From a virus (taxonomy: Duplodnaviria > Caudoviricetes), in IMG/VR virus record IMGVR_UViG_3300036761_000576, positions 1 through 62,973 of that record: DNA of 62,973 nt; one strand, written 5' to 3'. The first letter of the stretch is position 1. Each line of letters begins with the position of its first letter. The notes below the pieces were generated by a model. The model did not search any database. It had not been told where the DNA came from and saw nothing but the letters and a program-made list of their open reading frames with translations. Shown here piece after piece: positions 17,401 to 26,400 of the stretch. Made by a program: the position numbers and the translations under genes.

Positions 17401-20400
17401 ATAGCTGTGCGGAATGGCACTCCCTGCCCCATTGCCTCCACAACGCTGCGGAGTTGGCGCTCCAGCGTAGCGCCATGATCCTTCTCGTGGATCTTTTCGT
17501 GTACGTCTCGCGCCGTCGGTATTGGCCCCTCGTAGTGCTGGAACTGGACCCCGTTCTCCACCACGCCCTTGAACGTCCGGACGCGCTCACCACCTAATTT
17601 CTTGAGGATGTCGTTGGCGACGGAGGGGATGATGCGATCGTAGAAGCCGCGCATTCCTGAGCCGCCTATGTCGAGGCCCTCTCCTGAGAGTTCTCCCTTG
17701 TGCTTCGCGGCAATCTTCTCGGCCACCTCCTTGCCAAGCACTTCGTCGAGACCCTTGCCCACTAGGCGTTCAGCGTGGACGTTGGTGTGGTGGTCGACGA
17801 TCTTTCCGCCGTCTACGGTGAACCGGATCGAGCCGTGGCCGACCGTGGTGATCTTGACGTCCTGCTTCGTCGTGCCGATGACGGGATCCCACTTGATGCC
17901 GTCTACCTGCGATGACAGGGAGTACCGCTTGTTCTGCTGATCTCCCGTTGTCCACGCCACCGCATCCATGCCATTTTCGGACGCATAACGTATGGCGCGC
18001 TTGAGTGCCAGGGCGACCCAGGCTTCGGTCTTCTGGACAAAGGGGGCGGGAGGCGGGGCCGCTCCAAGTCGATCGTACTCAGGAGTAATTTCGTCCATGC
18101 GCGCCAGGTCTGCCGCGCCGGCATTGCGCATATCTCCACCGGATCGCGCTTGAATGGCAGCGCGCTCGGCCGCAAGTTTGGCGCGTTTGTCGTTGTCGTT
18201 GAATCCCTCCTTCCGCCCCTTCTGCGCCCAGTCGGATTGAATCTCCTCGATGAACAGCACCGGCTTGCCCTCGGCGTCGGTGCGCTCGTTCATCCGAACG
18301 TGCACCAGCACGTTGTCGGCAACGTCGGAGTAGTGGCCTTGGCGGAAGTCGCGGTTGCCGTTTGGCGTGTTCCGCATTTCCTCGACCAGTCGATCGCGCT
18401 GGCTGTCGCTCAGGTTTTCGAGGATTGACGTGCCAAATAGGCGCTTTGCCACATCGCCGGTCGTGGTTTCTCGACGCGGCAGCGTGATAAGCAGCTCGCG
18501 GTAGTTGCTGCCGCCGGGCTGCTGCCATTGGGCGTGCTTGGGTTCTCCCGGTCTAGGACCGGAATAGTTTGACTCGTTATCGCGTAGCTCGCCCAAGCGC
18601 GTTGCCGGCGCGGCAACATTGCTGTGCAGCGTTTCAACCGTGTCGCCTTCATCGGGCTCAGAGTCGGGATCGGCGTTTGTCCATTCCCGCGTCCCTTCAT
18701 CAAAGACGAAATACATATCGTCCCGATCGCGCGTGAGGCCCTGCAACCGGCTCTCGTAGTCGATGTCCGGTGTGTAGCCAAGATGGGCGAGTCGCGCCGT
18801 CAGGCTTTCAACGGTGTCGCCGTCGCTCTCCGCCTTCTTCTCGCCAAGCACCCTCTCATCCAGCCGCGTGCCGTTCTCGTCGAGGAAGGCGCCCACCTGG
18901 TCGCGCGTGACGCGGCGCTCGAGCTTGAGGAAGTCGGTCAGGCCGGACCATTCCAGCTCGTCTTTCTTGAACGTGCCGTCCTTGGTGCGGGCTTCGAGCC
19001 AGCGCGCGAGCTGGGGGCTGTCGATCACCCCAGCCTTGGAGAATGGAGCCTTCGCCGCGACGGACTCGGCGAGAGCGGAGCGCCAGATCGGGGCCTTGCG
19101 CGAAGCGGCCGCTTGGCGGTCGCCTGCCGGTCGCTCGGCGGTCGCTTGGCTACCGCGCAGCACGTCGTTGACGTAGGCAAGCGCCTCGGCGTCGGTGAAC
19201 CCCTCCATCGCATCCGCCATGCGCGTCAGGCCCATCTTCCGCAGCCAGGTCTGCACGGCCGCAAGGAAGCGGCCCAATCCCGTCAGATTCGCCCCGCGCT
19301 GGCCAAGATCGGCAAGCGCCTCCTCGTAGGATTGGAAGCGGTGCGCGAACTCTGAACGCCCGTCCCGGCCGTTCGCTGCGCGCCACGCCGCCGCGGCCTT
19401 GCGAAGATTGGGATTGATCGCCACCAGGCGGTCAAACTCCCCGCGGAGCGCGGGCTCGCGCTTGAGCTGGTCATGGAACAACTCGTGGAACGCGACGTGC
19501 TCGACGTCGACCGGGCTGAACAGATTGTCCGCGACGAAGTAGAGTTTGCCGCCGTGCGATGCCCCGCGGGTGTCGGGGCTGGCCTTGAACGGCAGATCGG
19601 CGACGTGCTGGACGACGACGCGCTCGGGCCATGCCTCGCTGGTGAAGGAATCGACTTGCGAGTGGACGCCAGAAGCGGAAAGCCCGCCAGAGGGGCGGGC
19701 TTCATTGGCGCGCGATTGCGCGGAACCGGGAGGCTCTACTTTTTCGGCAGGTTGAATGCCTTTTGCATGTAGGCGCGCGTCTCGTTCCCGTTCTGCCGCA
19801 CCCGCTCGATTTCTGAGGGAGTCAGCATCCCGGAAGCTGAGGATGTACCCCGCCTCCGCTGCGGTGAGGGCGGCGGGCTCGATGTTGAATATTTCGCGGA
19901 CGGCATCGCCATAGCGTTGTTCGACCTGGTTGATCTGCTGCTTAGACGCCTGCATTGTCGGCGTTCGGCTGGCGTCCGTCAACACGACCGTTCCGATGAC
20001 TTCGCCGCCCCCGGCCCGGATGTGGTCGCCCAACTCCGCCAGCGTGCCGCCCATCGTGCTCACGTCGTCGGCCAACACGTACCGCGCACCAGAGACAACT
20101 TCGCCGTCGAACACGGGTCTGGCGATAAGGCGCTCCATCGCCTTCGCGCCGGTGTGGAATGCGTGGTTCGTCTGCACGATCACCGGCGCCAAAGCGCCGT
20201 CGGTAGCCTCGGCGTAACGCGCCGCCAACGCTGCCGGCAGCGCGTTCAGACCACTTGCCTCTTCCGCGTGCGGCCACGCGAACAATGCACCACCCCCGAA
20301 CGCCTTGCGGGCCTCGTCGAGATCATCCTCGTTCACCAAGTCGCGAACCAGGCGCTCGGCCGCTTCCGGGTCGCCAGCCTTCGCCGCGATGTAGTCGGCG

Positions 20401-23400
20401 TGCCCTTTGAGCGCGTTAGTGTTGCGCGAGCTGGCGATCTGCTTGGTTTCCGCTGGCAGTCCTTCCCGCCTTGTGGCCCGCGAAAACATCGCCTCGCCTT
20501 GGTCTGGCGAGTAGGTCGCCTCTTGTTCCTTGGCGTACCAAGATGGCAAATCAGGCGACTTCCTGCCCGTCTTATCAATGCGGGAAACAGGAACCTTGCC
20601 GGGAGCCATGTCGCCACGCGCGGCCACGGAGTTCTCATCTCCGGCCGCAATGACGTCGCCGAAAACGCCAGATTTCCGCAGCAAGGCGTACTCGGGGCTC
20701 ATGGCGCTGGTAGGCGTTACCGCAAACAGGTAGCCGCCAGTACCGGCCTGCAACATGGCGCGGCGCACCGCCGCGAGCATTCTGATGCTTTCTGGCCGGG
20801 TCTTTGGTTGCAGCGAGGGCACCGGAATTTCGGTGACGAGCCCAATGAGTCCGCGCGGGCCGCCAGTAGCAATCACGGTCACGTAGCCGTCTCGCGTCTG
20901 GAGCTCCTTTGCTATGGCCACCATCTGGCTCGGGCCGGTGATTGGACGGCCGAGCATCGGGTGCGGAGCTTCGACATTGCTGCCAGCGAGCGCCTTGCTA
21001 TTGAGTTCCGGAGCCGGCACCGTGCTGTCCGTGCCGTCAGCGAGGATCTGGTGAAACTCGTTGTGGTCGATGATGACGTGGCCGACGAAACCGGGCACGT
21101 TTTGCTTGAGCATGTCCGTGAGGAAGCGGTCAGACCCGGACGCCTCCGCCAATCCCGACGGATGGTTGTGCAGGAGCCAGTACCGCACATGACCAAATTG
21201 CCCCTTGCCGAACCGGAGCTTGTCGGCCGCAACGTGCTGGTCAAGGTCCGCGGGAAGGTGAACCGCACCAGGAAGGCGCGACGAATACGTACCCTCGCCG
21301 ATGACTCGATCGGCGCTGTCGACGTAGAAAACGCGGAAGGTCTCGAACCGGGGATCGCGCAGCACTTGCGCGATCGTGGCGAGATCCTGCGGGCCCCGGA
21401 CTTGCTGCCCGACGAGCGTTACACCGCCGTCGGCGCGGAAGTCCTTGGAGATACGGCTACCAAGTAGGGCGGCGCCGTGCCGTCCAGAACCAGCGGGCCC
21501 GAAGATGCGCCTTTCCGCAGCAGCGAGAGCAGCTCGGCCGTCGTCCTTTTGCGCGTCGGTAGTGCCGGGGCGGGTTTTAAGTGGCTCATACGGGTCAGAG
21601 AAGGGGTCGGGTGGGGTTGGTTCGCCGGTCTTATTGTACGCCCCGTTGGGCTCGTAGAGCGCAATCCCCTTGTCGGTTTCCTTGGTCTGGATGACATTGA
21701 AGAGATCATCAAACGCCGCGTCGATCGCCGCACGCTCCGCGCCCTCGGGGTAGGGCTTCATGTCGAAGGCCGCGTAATACTTGTTTTCGACCGCGTGTAC
21801 CAGATAGTCGCTCTTCTTCTGCGCCGCCGCGAGCTGGTCGAAGATGTACGACTCGAACGCGCGGGCACCCATTTCGTGCCTGGTGCTCCAATAGTCAGAC
21901 GCACGCAGTCCGTCGATCTTATTCGCTTCGTTGAGGTACTCGGTCCCGGTTCTGCGCTCCTCGATCGTGCCCTTTTGCGCCGAGGCAACGCGGTCCTGCA
22001 TATCCTTCACGCTCTTGATGTGCCAATGCAGTCGCCGCCCTTGGGAATCGGGGTCGGCTCGGTCGAAACTGCGACCACGCACTTCCTTGTAGATCGCATT
22101 GAGCACGCGCACTACTTCCGACGATCCATAGCCGAATGAAAAACGCCCAGCGCCCTTCGGTGGCGGCACTTGGACGTCGGCCCCATTGTCGCCAGCCATC
22201 GCGCGCTCGGCCAACGCATCCCACGCCTTCAACTGCGCGGGCGTCGCGGCGCCTTTCTTCTGGCCGTATTCGGCCTTCTTGGCAATCTCGGAGCGAAGCC
22301 CGTCCAGGTTGTACTTGAGGCTCTCCTGCGCCGTGGTGAGGCGGCGCGTGGCTACGTTCTCATCGACGGCTACACCCTCCTTCTTGGCCGTCATCGTGTC
22401 GACCAGATGCTTGAACGCGGCGATCAGCTCAGGGCGCGCATCGGTGTTGTACGGGAAGCCGTAGGTGGCGTAGGGCCGCCCCTCTTTCAGCACCGTGCGG
22501 GCGCGCTGCGCCTTGGCATTGTCGGCGCTCTTGGTCAGGTAGTCGTCGAGCGCGTGGAACCACTCGTGAGCGAGGGAGCCGGCGCCCCTGATCTTCGTCA
22601 GGTTGATGACGACCTTATCGGGCCCGTAGTGCGCCGCTGCTGCGCCAACGCCTCCGGTCCCGCGTGCGCCGAAAGCCACCGCAAGCTCGCCGTTCAGGGA
22701 CAGAGCCTTGGCCGGCACGCCGATGGTGTCCGCCAGATCGTGCAGTGCGTCGTAGGCGTGATTGAGCGCCGCCTGGCCGTCGCTGCCCATATTCCAGTTG
22801 CCAAACTCACCAGCGCGGAAGCCGAACGCTTCCTGGAACATCTTGGTGGTGACGTCGCCCTTGCGTTTTGGCTCGCCTACGCGCTCGATGCGATCGAGCC
22901 AAGGCTTCTCGGGGAATTGAAACTTGTGTTCAATGATCGGCACGGGGTCGGACGCCATCGCTTTCATGGCATCTTCTTCCGTGGCGAATCCACCCTTCAC
23001 CAGCGCCCGCTTGCGCTCGCCGATTTGACGGAAAATCCCCTGCTTCTGCTCGCCGTCCTTGTCCTTGTACGAATAGACGCGGTGATTGCGCGCGACCTCG
23101 GCCAGCGGAATCGCGGCGAGCGCGTCCTCTTCGGTGTCAAACACCGTGCGCGAGGCGCGACTCACAGCGCCGCTGGCGCCGCGGTTGGCGCGCATCAGCT
23201 CCCACTTGCCGGTCTTCTTCGGTTGTTCCGCGTTCCGCATCGGGAACGAGTACGACGACGAACGCTCGAGCTGCTCCATAGCGATGTACGGACGCGCCCA
23301 TGCCGGGCGCTCGTCGACGACCTTCGAGATCGTGCCGCGCTTGCCAAGCGGAGTGGCCGTATCCTTGCGCGCGCCGCCGATCTTGGGCCCAAAATCAGCT

Positions 23401-26400
23401 ACAGACTCGCCCTTGCCGATGGTTTCGATCTCGGTGGCTGGATCGGCCAGCGCCGGTTCGATCGCCTCTACCTGCTTTGCGATTTCCGCGGCTTCGGCGG
23501 CCGGCGGCGTTTCGGCAGTCGGAAACTCGGCCTGCCCCGCAGCGGCGCCAACGTCGCGCTGGCGGCTCGATCCGGTGAGTTGGAACCCGCCGACGCCCTC
23601 GTCAATCGCATCCTTGGCGGCGGCGGCTTGCTTGGCGTCCTCGGCCGCTTTGGCCTTCTTCTCCGCCGCTACGATTTCGGCGTTGGTTTGGGCGGTAAGG
23701 GTGAACGTTTCCGGCGCAACCGTAGCATGGCCCGATGCTGGTGCAGGGCTCGCCTCGCTGCCTTGAGCAATGACTTTGGCGTGGGCATCTTCGTGATCCT
23801 TCAAGAATGCGCGGATCGCGGCCAGAAATCCAGCCTCGTCGTCCGCGTGCTGTATGGACAGGCGCTCTACGGCGCCGTCATCAATCGCCGCAGCCTGGGC
23901 CACCAGATCGACAGCCGCGAGATCGACCGGGCTGTGCGGGTCAAGGCCCGCGTCGCCAAAGAGCGCCTCCGGCGTGGCAATGCCCGCGAATTCGTCACCG
24001 GCGGCATGTGCTTGCGCTGCGGCCTCTTGCTCGAGGCCGATTTCCTCCCGGCGCTCCGCCAACTGCTCGAATTGAACTTCTTCGCCGCGGACCCCTCTGG
24101 CATAGGTTTTGTTGCCCGCCAGCTCGCGCTGAATCAGATCGACAAGGCGATTGGAGGCTCCGGTAACCTGGTCGGCGTCGTTCTCCGTCAGGTAGTTGTA
24201 GCCCTCCAGGACGCCGGCCATGTCGTCAAGGCCAAGACCGCCCTTTCTGAACAACGATCCAACAAACGGCAGGCGCGGATTGACGTTCTTCTCGCCGACG
24301 ACGTCTGCTCGGTACTCGTTGCTCAAGCCGCCGAGTTTGATGATCGCCGGGATAAGCGAATCGGTCTTCGGATACAGGATTTTCCGGTTCCGCCCCCTCT
24401 TGGCGAGTTCGGCGTCGCGGTCCAGTTGCTTTTCGGAACGCGGTTTGGACGCCTCCTGTTCCGCCAGCATTGCGTGCTGCTGATCCACGCGCATCCTGTC
24501 GCCGAGTCGCTCGGTGATGGCCGTCAGGGTGCCGTTCGGAAGACCTGACGCGCGGAGCTTTTTCACCAACTCGTCGACCGTGATCTTTCCGTTCAAGGCG
24601 TCGACAACGTTCATCTTCGCCTTGACCTCGGCGGCGGATTCGCCCTTCAACGGGGCGGCGTACTCGTAGCGAGTGGCCGGCTTTGTTTTCTCTCGCCCGT
24701 CCTCGGCCATCGTCTGACCAGCGGGCGGTGCAGCGTTGCCGGCCGCAACCCGCGCGCGTTCGGCCTCGCGCGGATCGCCTTCGGGCGGCACCTTGCTCGC
24801 GCGGCCCTGGGGATTGCTGTAGTCGAACTCCAACTCCGTGACGTGAACACGGATAACCGTCGGCTCTCCCTTGCGGACATAGATCGAACGCAACTCGACG
24901 TCAGCCTTTGCGGTCTCGGGGTCGATCGCTACGATCGTTCCCTTGAGACCGGAGTGATAGACACTGTGGCCTTCGGTGTCGTTGCTGATCGCGCCCATTG
25001 GGACGGTCCAATCTCCGACCTTCCATTCGGCAAGCGCATCAGCAACACGCTTCGCCTGTGCGGCAACGGACTTGTCGCGCGCCGCTACGATCGCCTTCTG
25101 CTCATCGGGCGGCAGCTTGCTCCACAGCACACCAGCCTTCTTTTTCGAGTCGACGCCAAGCAAGAAGTTGGTACGCGCATTCGATGACAGGCCAGCCCAC
25201 CACTGATCGAGCGCCTCACCCTGCGATTCGGCGGGTTTGTCAACCTTGGTGCCGTCTTCCTTGTCCCACACGCGCCCGTTGTACGAGATCCGTGCGACCA
25301 ACTTCCCGGTTTCGTCGGTGACGCGCACACCGTTGCCGACCTGAGATACGCCAGCGCCGCTCTTGTCGCGGAACTCCGTCCACTTCGCTTGCGCGTCGGC
25401 CACCGACTCGACCGGGTGCCGTTTGCTCCCCCATTCTGCATAGAGTTGCGTGCGCGGCGCCAACGCCGTTTTCGCAACCTCACCCTTCAACGGGATCTCC
25501 GTCACCTTCTCGTTCTGGTCGGAGAATTCCAGCGTCGAAATCTTGAACTCGCGGCCTTCGAGGGGATTCTTGCCGCCGGCCGTGAGCGTGCCGCGCTTGC
25601 CGTACCCCAGCGTGATGTGCGGCCGGTATTCGGGGAAGGTGTCCGTGTGCGGCAGGGACGCGATCTTGGCGTTCAGGCGATGAAGGTCCGGGCTGTCGAC
25701 CCGCGCCACCAGCACGTCGTAGTCCTTGCCCTCGGGCTGGAATACCTCGAGCTTGCCGATCGTGCCGGTGATCGGAGGCTCGCTCTCAATGAGCTTGCGG
25801 ACGGCCTCGGGGGCGTTTTCGTGCAGGCCGTACTTCACCGTGACGTGCGGGCGGTCCTCGAGCCCCTTCTCGGGATGGCGATCGGCCGGCGCGATCATGG
25901 CCTTCGCGGCGGTCTTGACGTCCTTGGCCAACCCGGACGGCAGCGCGACCTGGGTGGAGTTGAACTCCTGCGGGCCAGCCCCGGGCACCTCTTTCGCTGC
26001 CTCGACCTTGGCCGGAGCCTCACGCTTCTCGAGCTGGATCACCCCCTCGGGCTTGGTCGCCAGGGGCCGCCATTGCAGCGCGTGCGTGCCGTCGTCGGCA
26101 ACGAGGGAATGGGTCGCGGCATCGAAGGTGCCGGCGCCGAATGCCTTTTGGCGGGTCTTGGGAAGGGAGTCGCGCTCGGCGCGCAGGCGTGCTTCGAGAT
26201 CGGTGGTAACGGCAGGGATCTGTGCCTCTGGCGCGGCGGGAGCGGCAGGGATCTGTGCTTGCTCAGTACCCTTCGGCCGGATCACGAACGCCTTGTCGCC
26301 GATCTCCGCAACCGCGTGCGTATCGCCGAGCCCTTGAAGCTCCATGCGGTTGCCGGCCGCCTTCCGCGCCGCGAACGGCAGGCCATCGTTGGGGCGCCCG

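Noticed and set aside
22170-24548. Long plus-strand ORFs opposite late genes (also 15786..17597, 19917..21467, 55395..57062)
   Set aside because: Antisense shadows expected in GC-rich coding DNA; no recognisable motifs.
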